Assembly (NCBI GenBank): GCA_049294435.1
Contig: JBAQCU010000020.1
Coordinates: forward strand, 13,110-77,109
Direction: 5' to 3'
From: Minisyncoccia bacterium
GTDB taxonomy: Bacteria > Patescibacteriota > Minisyncoccia > Phycocordibacterales > UBA1550
DNA: 64,000 nt
Below the pieces are notes generated by a model. It did not search any database and was not told the DNA's origin. It saw only the letters and a list, made by a program, of their open reading frames with translations. This document shows positions 39,091-48,277 of the stretch, one piece after another (the stretch's first letter is position 1; the number at the start of each line of letters is the position of its first letter). The position numbers and the translations under genes are program-made.

Positions 39091-41762
39091 TCATAGAGCG
39101 ACACTCCTTGAGGTGGCGTCCATATATCAAGCACGCCGTGCACCACTTCCGCTTGAGAAAAAAGATTTGCGTTTCCTACGCTTGGATAAGCCAAATCATC
39201 TGCTGACGATGATGCGGTTCGCCATGTATCGGTAATGAAATTTCGCAATCCAGACTCAGAATTAATAACTGTTCCATAGCGGGCACGAAAATCTGCGAGA
39301 AAATCTGAGTTATCAAATGTTACGACAGAAGTGGTAACATTTGTAAAATAGCTGACTGAGGAAACAAGATTGTAAGCAGATGACATATTTTCGGCAAGAC
39401 TGCGGGCAGTTTTTAAAGAAAGTGCGAGAGGAAAAATATCCGCAGGCAATCCTTGATCATACCCGTGTAAAATCGCACCTATCGCCTGTGGTGTTCCTAC
39501 TTGTGGCACTGCAATTAAGACAACCTTGTCAATAAGTTTAGTAGTTTCTGTGTCACCAAGTTTTTGCATAAGCGCTTTTGCCACAAGTCCACCGTTAGAA
39601 TGCGCAACAATAGTGACCTTGCCAGTTTTTGAGGTTTTCGCGAGACGACGAAGCTCTTGAATAATGTATGGTGATGATGTAGCAGAGAGGTATGAAATAT
39701 TCTCGCCTGTCTTAATACCATTGTTTAAAATATCGTCTAGAGAAAGGCGCCAATCGTATGGAGTGGTCGTTGCGATGATACCATAATCGGTCTCCCATGT
39801 TTTCATTTCTTGGAGAAATGATTTGTAAACATTCCCCTTAATCGGCAAATAGGCATTGTCAATCACATCCTTAGTGTATACATCATTTCGGACAGAGGCT
39901 CCGCCTGAGTTTAAAAATAAGTTCTCAGCATCAGCGTTTGATGATGGTTCCCAAAGTTTGTTCTCTACGCCATTGCCGTCTGGCATATACAACCGACTTG
40001 CCTCAAGCCCCGGAAGAAAAAGCACGTTGGAGTAACAATTTGTCTGACAAGAAGTTTCTAATTGCTTTACAACCACCGTTCCAGCTCCTGCGCACGTCGC
40101 AGACCAACCATCAAAGCTGACACATCCTCCTTTTGCAAAAACTCCACCAGAAAACGAGGAAGTGGCATAATAAAGAGCAATTCTGCCACCACCACCCATA
40201 CCAAATACAATGTTTGGCCAATACGCAGGACCGCCGTTGGCTCGATAGCTACCAGCACCAGACATCTTGTCGGCAGTAACATAAATACTGCCACCACTTG
40301 ACGTGTTGCTTCCATCTGCAGAAATCGTGCCGTCATTTAAAAGAGTGTCAGTAACAACAAGTCTAATAGCTCCACCTCCGTGTGGAAAATATCCATTTCC
40401 TCCGCTACCAAAATCGATTGGTGCTGTCGAGGACCCATATGTTGATGTTGCTGAATTCCACAGCCCGATACCGCCATAGCTTGCGCCAGCGGTCGCTGTC
40501 GCAGGGGCCCCTTGCCCCAACCCCGCGCCATATCCCTTTGCATTTGCGGTGACAGAACCGCCAAGAGATATATTTAGGTTTGGTATAGTTAGGGACAAAA
40601 TATGTTCTTTTGCCACGGTGAGTGTCCCACCATTTTTAATGTTTAAAGTGTCAGATACTAATGTTTCATTGCCGGACAAAGTCAATGTGCTTCCTTGACC
40701 TATATCTATTAGGGGAATATTTAATACCGAAGAACCTAATATAGTGAAATAAGAATTCTGTTCTTCCATAAGGTAATGAGCATTGATACTCGCACCATCC
40801 TTCACTGTTATTCCAGAAAGATTTCTTACAAAAATATTATCTGCAGTTACAGATACGTCTTTCTCAATCTCTACGCCTGTGCTGTTTACAATAGAAACGT
40901 TACGAAAACTAAAAGGTGTGTCATTTGCTTGAAATCTAAAAGATCCTTTTGGATACAAATCATTATTCGTAGTATCGATAAAAACTACTGTTCCATGGCC
41001 TCCAGCCGGATTACATCCATAAAAACAATAAATTCCAGCGTTTGCTTTTGCGCTACCGGTAAAAGATGACTGTTGATAATATACCGCTATTCTTCCACCA
41101 CCCCCTGAATAATAATATGGCCAGGATGTATCTGCTCCGTTTGCGTTAAATGTACCTGCTCCTGCTAATTTATTAACAGTTACATATATGCTTCCGCCAC
41201 TCGTACGATACAATTGTCCATTTGAAGAAATATTGCCATTATTTAGAAGCGTGTCAGCCACAACAAGTCTTATGGCTCCACCGCCTCTATAACCGCTTGT
41301 CCCACTCCCCAAATCAATTGGCATCATGGCAGACCCGTATGTTGAAGTGGCTGTGTTCGCACCACCAGCACCACCGTAACTTGCGCCAGCATTAGTGCCA
41401 GAAGGAGGCAACCCTGGTCCAGACGCATATCCTTTACCATCTGCGGAAATACGCGAACCTAGTGTAACCGTTATATTAGTAGCATTTATTTTTACTCCCT
41501 TGAATAAGTCCATGGAAAGCTGGTTTCCTTCTAACGTAAGTGTTGCATTATTGGCTATGGTTAAATTATTGAAATTGTATTCACCCGCGAGTAGAGATTT
41601 GCTTGCAATAACAACGACTTCAGCTTCAGTGCTATCTGCTATGGCGTTGCTATTCAAATCTGAATCTAAAACAGCAGAGGCATAAATAGTTTGAGTGCCC
41701 ACAAAGAACGTACAGAAAAAGACAGTTGCTACTGCTAATATAATTTTACTTTTACTCATCAT
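38910..41762 (-). CDS. Giant secreted protein, 5' part: signal peptide, two ~270 aa Gly-rich repeats (beta-helix-like), and an alpha/beta-hydrolase lipase domain (LCAT/PGAP1-like, AHSNGG). Probably the same gene as 37807-39090, interrupted by a frameshift.
   Basis: MMSKSKIILAVATVFF.. signal peptide. Internal repeats GASYGG(A/I)G..ATSTYGS..PID(L/F)GSG..GGGAIRLVV.DTLLN. Nucleophile motif TIVAHSNGG. The last ~45 codons are low-complexity (KRGRKLSVRKHNQHFLLP..). Confidence 0.7.
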   Translation of the reverse strand: MMSKSKIILAVATVFFCTFFVGTQTIYASAVLDSDLNSNAIADSTEAEVVVIASKSLLAGEYNFNNLTIANNATLTLEGNQLSMDLFKGVKINATNITVTLGSRISADGKGYASGPGLPPSGTNAGASYGGAGGANTATSTYGSAMMPIDLGSGTSGYRGGGAIRLVVADTLLNNGNISSNGQLYRTSGGSIYVTVNKLAGAGTFNANGADTSWPYYYSGGGGRIAVYYQQSSFTGSAKANAGIYCFYGCNPAGGHGTVVFIDTTNNDLYPKGSFRFQANDTPFSFRNVSIVNSTGVEIEKDVSVTADNIFVRNLSGITVKDGASINAHYLMEEQNSYFTILGSSVLNIPLIDIGQGSTLTLSGNETLVSDTLNIKNGGTLTVAKEHILSLTIPNLNISLGGSVTANAKGYGAGLGQGAPATATAGASYGGIGLWNSATSTYGSSTAPIDFGSGGNGYFPHGGGAIRLVVTDTLLNDGTISADGSNTSSGGSIYVTADKMSGAGSYRANGGPAYWPNIVFGMGGGGRIALYYATSSFSGGVFAKGGCVSFDGWSATCAGAGTVVVKQLETSCQTNCYSNVLFLPGLEASRLYMPDGNGVENKLWEPSSNADAENLFLNSGGASVRNDVYTKDVIDNAYLPIKGNVYKSFLQEMKTWETDYGIIATTTPYDWRLSLDDILNNGIKTGENISYLSATSSPYIIQELRRLAKTSKTGKVTIVAHSNGGLVAKALMQKLGDTETTKLIDKVVLIAVPQVGTPQAIGAILHGYDQGLPADIFPLALSLKTARSLAENMSSAYNLVSSVSYFTNVTTSVVTFDNSDFLADFRARYGTVINSESGLRNFITDTWRTASSSADDLAYPSVGNANLFSQAEVVHGVLDIWTPPQGVSLYEIAGWGEDTLATILSIKRGRKLSVRKHNQHFLLPKHIACTPLLPLLFITQKKWWMVTGQW

Positions 41763-41768
41763 AAATAA

Positions 41769-43166
41769 CTATTTCATCCTTGGAATCGTAATCCCGAGCT
41801 CCTGAAGTTGCTCCGCGCTCACTTCCGACGGAGTTTCCATCATAAGGTCACGACCTTCGCCGGTCTTTGGGAAGGCAATCACTTCGCGAATGTTTGGCTC
41901 ACCAGTGAGAATAGCGAGAAAGCGATCAAGCCCCCATGCAATACCGCCGTGCGGTGGCGCGCCGTACGAGAAAGCATCAATCATGTGACCAAAGTTAGTG
42001 CGAATGTTCTCTTCGGTGTGCCCCATAATCTCAAGCACTTTAATAAGCGCGTCTGGACGATGATTACGAATACTTCCACCACCAATTTCAAAACCATTGA
42101 GTGCGATGTCGTACTGCGCAGCCAAAATCTCACCAATCTTTTCTTTATTCATAAGCCATTTGTGATGCTCCGACATTGGCGCAGAAAAAGGGTTATGCGT
42201 AAATGTCCATCCGCCTTTTTTGTCTTTCTCAAAAAATGGAAATTCAATAACCCAACAGAACGCCAAGAGATTCGGGTCGTTTTTATCTTCACGCATATCA
42301 GGGCGGTCATTTCCGTACTTTTCCATCGCTTCTTTGTACGTAATGCGTGGGAAAGGAACTGTCTGAATTTTCTTTTCTGGCGCGAGTGTTTGCACAAGCT
42401 CGATCAAAAGTTTTTCATTGAGCTCCATAATATCCTTTTGATTTACAAACGAAAGCTCCATATCGAGCTGAGTAAACTCGGGCTGACGGTCACCGCGTGT
42501 GTCCTCATCACGCATACAGCGAGCAATTTGAAAATAACGTTCCATCCCTGCAACCATCAAGAGTTGCTTGTACTGTTGAGGAGATTGCGGGAGCGCGTAA
42601 AATTTACCCTGTTCAATACGAGACGGCACGATATAGTCGCGCGCGCCTTCCGGAGTAGACTTTGTAAGAATGGGTGTTTCTATCTCTATAAAATTATGTT
42701 TTGAAAGAAAGTTACGTATATGAAGCGCAATATCATGGCGAAGACGCATGTTTCTCTGAAGGCGAGGGCGACGAAGGTCTAGATAGCGATACTTTAGACG
42801 TGTTTCTTCTCCAATCTCGTGACCATCTGAGGTAACATCCATAGGAGGAGTTTGGGCTTCGTTTAATACTAGAATACTCAAAACTTCAAGCTCAATGTCT
42901 CCATTAAGTACGTCTGCTTTGATATTGCGCTCTGGGCGCTTGTTTACTTGAGCAGAAACACTCACGACCCACTCTGGGCGAAGGCGTTGTGCTACCTCGA
43001 GTGCCAGAGCGTGATTTGGAAGTACAACAGCTTGAACTTTGCCACTCATCTCGCGTAAATCAAGAAAAACCATCTTCCCTTGGTCACGGCGAATATCCAC
43101 CCACCCTTGCACGGTAACTTCTTTGCCGATATGTTTTTTTAAATCTTTAATGTAGGTACGTTCCAT
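41769..43166 (-). CDS. aspS: Aspartate--tRNA ligase, short archaeal/non-discriminating type (no GAD insertion); AsnRS not excluded
   Basis: N-terminal OB fold; class IIb motifs (FRDED-like ARCMRDEDTRGDRQPEFTQLD; GGIAWGLDRF..AFPKT); 465 aa. Confidence 0.75.
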   Translation of the reverse strand: MERTYIKDLKKHIGKEVTVQGWVDIRRDQGKMVFLDLREMSGKVQAVVLPNHALALEVAQRLRPEWVVSVSAQVNKRPERNIKADVLNGDIELEVLSILVLNEAQTPPMDVTSDGHEIGEETRLKYRYLDLRRPRLQRNMRLRHDIALHIRNFLSKHNFIEIETPILTKSTPEGARDYIVPSRIEQGKFYALPQSPQQYKQLLMVAGMERYFQIARCMRDEDTRGDRQPEFTQLDMELSFVNQKDIMELNEKLLIELVQTLAPEKKIQTVPFPRITYKEAMEKYGNDRPDMREDKNDPNLLAFCWVIEFPFFEKDKKGGWTFTHNPFSAPMSEHHKWLMNKEKIGEILAAQYDIALNGFEIGGGSIRNHRPDALIKVLEIMGHTEENIRTNFGHMIDAFSYGAPPHGGIAWGLDRFLAILTGEPNIREVIAFPKTGEGRDLMMETPSEVSAEQLQELGITIPRMK

Positions 43167-43170
43167 GATT

Positions 43171-43410
43171 TTAGTGGTAAATCTCTTTCTTAACTTTCTC
43201 TAGTGCCTCTTCGTATGTTTCCTCTTCTGCTAATTGGTCGAGTATCGATGGGTCACGCTTAACTAACTTATCAAAATCATCCGCATGTTCTCCAATCCAC
43301 GAAATAAGTGACTGGTCTAATTCATGCGCAAGTTTTATTTGCACCATGTTACGTGAAAGCTGTTGCTTCTCACTAAAGCCTCCGCCCATAGGTTGTTCCA
43401 TTTGTCCCAT
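43171..43410 (-). CDS. Hypothetical acidic small protein (79 aa)
   Basis: ORF tightly packed between trpS and aspS. Confidence 0.4.
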   Translation of the reverse strand: MGQMEQPMGGGFSEKQQLSRNMVQIKLAHELDQSLISWIGEHADDFDKLVKRDPSILDQLAEEETYEEALEKVKKEIYH

Positions 43411-43411
43411 A

Positions 43412-44389
43412 TTATTTCAAAATTAATCCCACCTTCTCACGCACGTCTTTCATTGTCTTCTGCGCATGAGCGCGCGCAACGATGCCACCCTCTTTCAAAA
43501 TTTTAAGAACTGCTTCGGGGTCGCGCGCTATCTCCTCACGACGCGCGCGCATTGGCGAGATAAACGAAATAATTTTTTCTACGAGTAAATCTTTTGACTC
43601 CTTGTAGCCAATTCCTCCTTTGATATATCGCTCACGTATTTCTTTCAGATTATCTCCGGGAAAGAGTTCGTGTAGTGCAAATACCTTGCATTCGCTTGGA
43701 TCTTTTGGTTCCTCCACACCTTTTGAGTCTGTGGGAATACTCATCACCGCTTTTTTGATTTCATCATCACTCGCAAAAAGCCCAATGATATTGCCATAAC
43801 TCTTGCTCATCTTACGACCATCTGTACCAGGTACCGTTTTTACTTCTTCAAGAATCATTGCTTCAGGAATTTTGAATGTCTCTCCAAAAGTGCGGTTAAA
43901 CTTTTGCGCGGTATCACGGGCTATTTCAATGTGTTGCTTCTGATCAAGCCCAACAGGCACCACGTCTGCGTTATACATCAAGATGTCAGCAGCCATAAGA
44001 ATAGGATAATCAAAAAGACCCACGTTCACCTCTTTGTTTTTCGCTTCAGCATCCTTGAAAGCATGCGCGCGAGAAAGATACGGCATTGTAGTGATGGTAT
44101 TAAAAATCCAAGCGAGCTCGGTCACCTCTGGCACATCGGACTGCAAAAAGAGTGTAGTCTTTTTAGTGTCCACACCAATAGCTAGATAGTCCATCGCAAT
44201 CTCCAGCGTGAGCTTTTGCAAAAGCGCCCCGTCAGACACACTCGTGAGAGCGTGGTAGTTGGCGATAAAAATATACTGGCAATACTCGTCCTGCCTATCC
44301 ACAAACTGACGCATAGCACCAAAATAATTACCGATATGTACGGTTCCCGTTGGTTTTACTCCAGAAAGTAGTGTTTTCTGCATTTCCAT
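43412..44389 (-). CDS. trpS: Tryptophan--tRNA ligase
   Basis: SGVKPTGTVHIGNYFGA (HIGH motif) and KMSKS. Confidence 0.9.
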   Translation of the reverse strand: MEMQKTLLSGVKPTGTVHIGNYFGAMRQFVDRQDEYCQYIFIANYHALTSVSDGALLQKLTLEIAMDYLAIGVDTKKTTLFLQSDVPEVTELAWIFNTITTMPYLSRAHAFKDAEAKNKEVNVGLFDYPILMAADILMYNADVVPVGLDQKQHIEIARDTAQKFNRTFGETFKIPEAMILEEVKTVPGTDGRKMSKSYGNIIGLFASDDEIKKAVMSIPTDSKGVEEPKDPSECKVFALHELFPGDNLKEIRERYIKGGIGYKESKDLLVEKIISFISPMRARREEIARDPEAVLKILKEGGIVARAHAQKTMKDVREKVGLILK

Positions 44390-44432
44390 ATACTACCAGA
44401 AAAAACGTTGATTTTAAAGCCGACCGCACCCG

Positions 44433-46097
44433 TTACCCTTTCGCCTCAAGCTCAACATAAAAGCTTGAGCCATGACCTTCCCCTTTAGACTCAGCCCAAA
44501 TTCGTCCTTCGTGTTTCTTAATCACTTCTTTCGCCACATAAAGACCTAGGCCAGTTCCTTCTGTATATACTTTGTTTACACCCTCACCACGACTAAACTT
44601 TTTAAAAATTTTTTCAAGCGTCATTGAGTTCATCCCAATACCTGTGTCTGATAAACTAAAAATAATTTTTTTTCTGTCTGAACTTTTGGATAAGAGTAAG
44701 GATATTTCTCCATTTGGTGTGTATTTTATAGAATTATCTATGAGATTTGAAATAACTTGTCGCAATTTTCCACTATCTCCCACAGTAATAAACTGCTCAT
44801 TACCCGAAACGCCATCATCTATCATCACGTTAAAGACCAAACGTGCATGGAGAGCATTCTGCTCCATATCACTCGCGATGTCTGTGACTAGTTTTTTCAT
44901 ATCCACGTCGACAAATTTATAATTCATATCACCGCTTTCTATGCGTGAAATATCCATAAAATCAGAAATCACAACAACGAGATGTCCGCTTGAAACAGAT
45001 ATCTTTTCAAGCGCATCCATCACGGGATGAGAAAGCGGGCCAAAAGAACCCTCGATGAGCATTGATGCATAACCTTTAATAACGGTAAGCGGGTCACGCA
45101 AGTGGTGCGCCGCAATGGAGAGAAATTCTGATTTTTTCTTATCAAGGAGCTTCAAACGCTTTGATATTGCATCAAGATTATGAGAAAGACGTATAATCCT
45201 CTCTTCAGACTCTATCTCGCGCTTCACGCTTCTTGCTAAAAATGAACTGGACAAAATGATTAATAACGTGATTACTGTTCTAATAAACAAATCGTAGATA
45301 GAATTCGCGAAAAAGAGCTCGGTTATAAGAACAAGCGCAATAATAGAGATGAGCAACTCAATAGTAATAATTTTAATGTTAAAAGAATTGTACTTTATGA
45401 GAATAAATGAAGTTGCAAAAATAAGCAGGCTTACAGAAAAGTGTCCAATCCAAAACATACCATGCTGTCCAACAGTAAAAATCGGAGGCATGAATGACAT
45501 TACCATCGTTATTGCGCAGACAAAACCAACCACTGTAAGCATCTCGAAAATTGCAGTTTTAAGAATCCCGACACTTTCTTGATATTTTTTAACAAGCAAG
45601 AAAATAGCTGCTACAAGATACGTAAAAATATAAAAAATGTATATCAGGAATCCTTTACCTAAAACCATGCCATCAAGAGCTCCAGTGGGGGCCTCCTGAT
45701 AACTGACAATGAATGATGGGTACCAGTACAAAATACCGACTATTGCAAAATAGGGTACGAAAAAAGCAACAAATTTTTGAAACGAAATCTCACTATTTTC
45801 AATCGAAAATACATGCAAAAATATAAATAAAAATGGAGGCACGATGGCGGCGACTGCGTAGAGTGCCACGATTCCCATATAAACGCCAGATATACTGAAC
45901 GAGCCATCTAAAATAGCATAAACAAAACTACTCAAAAGATTTATAATCGCTAAAAAAAAGAAAATTCTGCTGTTGCGTTTTGCAAGATCCTGCCAAAATA
46001 TAACCCACGAGAGTACCACGATAAAAAGATTCCATATCACGAGTACGCACATCTCAATGGAAAGGTTACTGATAATATCAAGTAATGCTACTGGCAT
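44433..46097 (-). CDS. Sensor histidine kinase with an N-terminal multi-TM sensor, HisKA and HATPase_c domains
   Basis: H-box SIAAHHLRDPLTV; G-boxes DTGIGM, GTGLGL. Confidence 0.85.
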   Translation of the reverse strand: MPVALLDIISNLSIEMCVLVIWNLFIVVLSWVIFWQDLAKRNSRIFFFLAIINLLSSFVYAILDGSFSISGVYMGIVALYAVAAIVPPFLFIFLHVFSIENSEISFQKFVAFFVPYFAIVGILYWYPSFIVSYQEAPTGALDGMVLGKGFLIYIFYIFTYLVAAIFLLVKKYQESVGILKTAIFEMLTVVGFVCAITMVMSFMPPIFTVGQHGMFWIGHFSVSLLIFATSFILIKYNSFNIKIITIELLISIIALVLITELFFANSIYDLFIRTVITLLIILSSSFLARSVKREIESEERIIRLSHNLDAISKRLKLLDKKKSEFLSIAAHHLRDPLTVIKGYASMLIEGSFGPLSHPVMDALEKISVSSGHLVVVISDFMDISRIESGDMNYKFVDVDMKKLVTDIASDMEQNALHARLVFNVMIDDGVSGNEQFITVGDSGKLRQVISNLIDNSIKYTPNGEISLLLSKSSDRKKIIFSLSDTGIGMNSMTLEKIFKKFSRGEGVNKVYTEGTGLGLYVAKEVIKKHEGRIWAESKGEGHGSSFYVELEAKG

Positions 46098-46254
46098 AAT
46101 TCAATTATACCATACCAATCGCAAAAATTACCCACGATTTTGTTGAAAACTACTGCAGAGTTCTTTTTTCTTTCAACTCCAAATATACTGACTCCGAATT
46201 TGTGTCTTCGCACCTTTAGTATAAATTTTGATAAATTCACACTGCTTGCTAATA

Positions 46255-46432
46255 CCATCCCCAATTAACCTATGTACAATAATCCAAAAATTTTGGCTGC
46301 GACTTCGAATCAGCTGATTCGTGGCTCGGCCATAAAAGAAAATCCTTTGAAATATCCCGATATTCCTCATATTTTTCTCTTCGTCTCGCTCAAAATTTTG
46401 GAATTCTTTGCACAAGAGTTAATTGGGGATGG
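46255..46432. repeat. 178 bp element bounded by a perfect 15 bp inverted repeat (CCATCCCCAATTAAC / GTTAATTGGGGATGG) with TA dinucleotides outside both ends; contains the 16 bp palindrome CGAATCAGCTGATTCG (46306-46321) and two CAAAATTTTGG boxes
   Basis: Inverted repeats and palindromes read directly from the sequence in the intergenic region between the two histidine kinases. Confidence 0.45.
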
Positions 46433-46462
46433 TATAACATTCTTTGCTATACACCAAACACT

Positions 46463-48205
46463 TTATTGGCTTTCTGGTTCTCTCATCTTCGGCATCTCCA
46501 CTGTCACTATCGTGCCTTTGCCTAAACCTGCTGATTCAATGCGAAGTGTCCCGTGGTGCGCATCAATAATTTGTTGAGCGATGTACAAACCGATACCAGG
46601 CGTTCTTTTTTCCATCATTGTCGATTCTTCTTCCTCTCTCTTATTCTGCCCTCCCTCCTGTGGCATATGCTTCTCATTAAGTGCCGAATGTCCGCCTTCC
46701 TTCACTTTTAGATTAAATCTTTCAAAAATTGACGTTATCTGCTCCTGCTTCATTCCAATCCCTGTGTCAGAAACAGTGAGACGAACTTTTTTTGTTAAGC
46801 TGTCATCTGCAACAGTTACTCGCACACTACCCGACGCAGTAGTATATTTGATAGCATTTTCCAATATATGCTTCACTATTTGTTTAACTTTTTTCTCATC
46901 AATATAGGCAAGGAATTCTTTATCGCCTGTGGCAGTAAATGATACATCAACTTTTGCTTCAGCCACCTCATCCTTTAATTCTGTAATTGTACTTTCCACA
47001 AGATTTTTGAAATTTGTCATCTCAAAATTAAGCATTGTTCTCCCTTGTTCAATACGAGAAATCGTAAGAAGATCCTCTACTAGCGCGATAATCTTTTGAC
47101 TAGATTTATAGAGCTTTCCCATGGCATCTCGAGCAGAATCATTAATATGTCCAAAAGTTCCTTCAAGGATCATGGACGCATAGCCTTTAATGACTGTAAG
47201 AGGCGCGCGTAGCTGGTGCGAAGCAATAGACATGAACTCCGTCTTCTGCTCTTCAAGTACTCGTAATTTCTCATTCGCTACCTCCATTTCCTTCAATAAC
47301 CCAAAAATTCGTTCTCTGTTACTGATATCCTTGTAAATGCCACGAAGAAGCACTACGCTAAAGATAAAAATGAGTAAAGCCATTAATACGTTCAACATAA
47401 AATCCGTTTTTAAATACGAGGTAAATACATTAATAAACAAAAACAAGTTTAGCAACAAAACCGCTAATTCAACGAGAATAACTTTTATATCGAAAAGCTG
47501 GTGTTTGAATATAGCATATGAAATAATCAGTGGATAAAGAAACACCGTCAAATTCATATACGGATAAATATCAAAACCGTATACTGGGAGAAAATTAAAA
47601 GCTCCACCCGCAAAACTTACCGCCATACCAAAGAAGAAAAATTTAATCTTTTCTTTAATCAATCTATCTTTACTTTCTTTAAATCCTAGCCATAAAAGGA
47701 AATGACTGTATCCTGTTAGGCCAAAAAACATTATGGTAAATAGTGGGTAAAAAGGACCTGGTGGCGAATCATAATAAAACTGCCCAAAAACAAAACGCAT
47801 GTTGTCAATAAAGAGACCATCAGTAAAATTTGTTATCAAAAGTAACACGGAAACGGCATATAAAAATATCAAAATTTCTGTTTTCTTTTTTTCCAAAAAC
47901 TCATATACAAAATGCAAAAAGAATACAGGTATTAAAATTGCTCCTATATGCGCAATTTTCCACCAAAATGATGCTGTTTCTGGCGATGTTGAACCTCCAA
48001 CAAAATATATGCCCAGACCAAAAAGAAACACAGCAAAACAAAAAACAGCCCAAAGATAATGCAGTTTTTTCTTGCCAATAAATAACATCAGCAGAGTCAT
48101 CAAACCACTCGTAACAGCAATCAAAAAACCTGATAAACTGTAAAAGTTCATTCTTATGTTATATATTATAAATGAATTGCTGTCTACATCATTAAACATT
48201 ACCAT
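46463..48205 (-). CDS. Sensor histidine kinase (paralog of the upstream HK) with a multi-TM sensor and a C-terminal insert
   Basis: H-box SIASHQLRAPLTV; HATPase_c with TGIGM, and GIGLYIA after a Glu-rich insert. Confidence 0.85.
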   Translation of the reverse strand: MVMFNDVDSNSFIIYNIRMNFYSLSGFLIAVTSGLMTLLMLFIGKKKLHYLWAVFCFAVFLFGLGIYFVGGSTSPETASFWWKIAHIGAILIPVFFLHFVYEFLEKKKTEILIFLYAVSVLLLITNFTDGLFIDNMRFVFGQFYYDSPPGPFYPLFTIMFFGLTGYSHFLLWLGFKESKDRLIKEKIKFFFFGMAVSFAGGAFNFLPVYGFDIYPYMNLTVFLYPLIISYAIFKHQLFDIKVILVELAVLLLNLFLFINVFTSYLKTDFMLNVLMALLIFIFSVVLLRGIYKDISNRERIFGLLKEMEVANEKLRVLEEQKTEFMSIASHQLRAPLTVIKGYASMILEGTFGHINDSARDAMGKLYKSSQKIIALVEDLLTISRIEQGRTMLNFEMTNFKNLVESTITELKDEVAEAKVDVSFTATGDKEFLAYIDEKKVKQIVKHILENAIKYTTASGSVRVTVADDSLTKKVRLTVSDTGIGMKQEQITSIFERFNLKVKEGGHSALNEKHMPQEGGQNKREEEESTMMEKRTPGIGLYIAQQIIDAHHGTLRIESAGLGKGTIVTVEMPKMREPESQ

Positions 48206-48239
48206 TCAAAGTCTGACTGCTTGTCTGTGATATAAAAAA

Positions 48240-48265
48240 TGGACAGCACTGAGATGCTGTCCATA
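48240..48265 (-). terminator. Hairpin ATGGACAGC-N8-GCTGTCCAT preceded on the plus strand by an A-run (T-run in minus sense), after the SDR gene
   Basis: Seen in sequence. Confidence 0.5.
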
Positions 48266-48277
48266 AAATTAATGCTG

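Noticed and set aside
38910-41762. Nucleotide-level tandem repeats in the 40.1-41.5 kb region, considered as a possible CRISPR array or satellite
   Set aside because: They are in-frame and encode two ~270 aa Gly-rich protein repeats of the giant surface protein. There are no short regular spacers and no cas genes.
46173-46577. ORFs 46173-46415 (minus) and 46272-46577 (plus) in the HK spacer, both containing LIGDGI and ATNQLIR
   Set aside because: They are mirror-image artefacts of the 15 bp inverted repeat and the 16 bp palindrome read on both strands, not genes.
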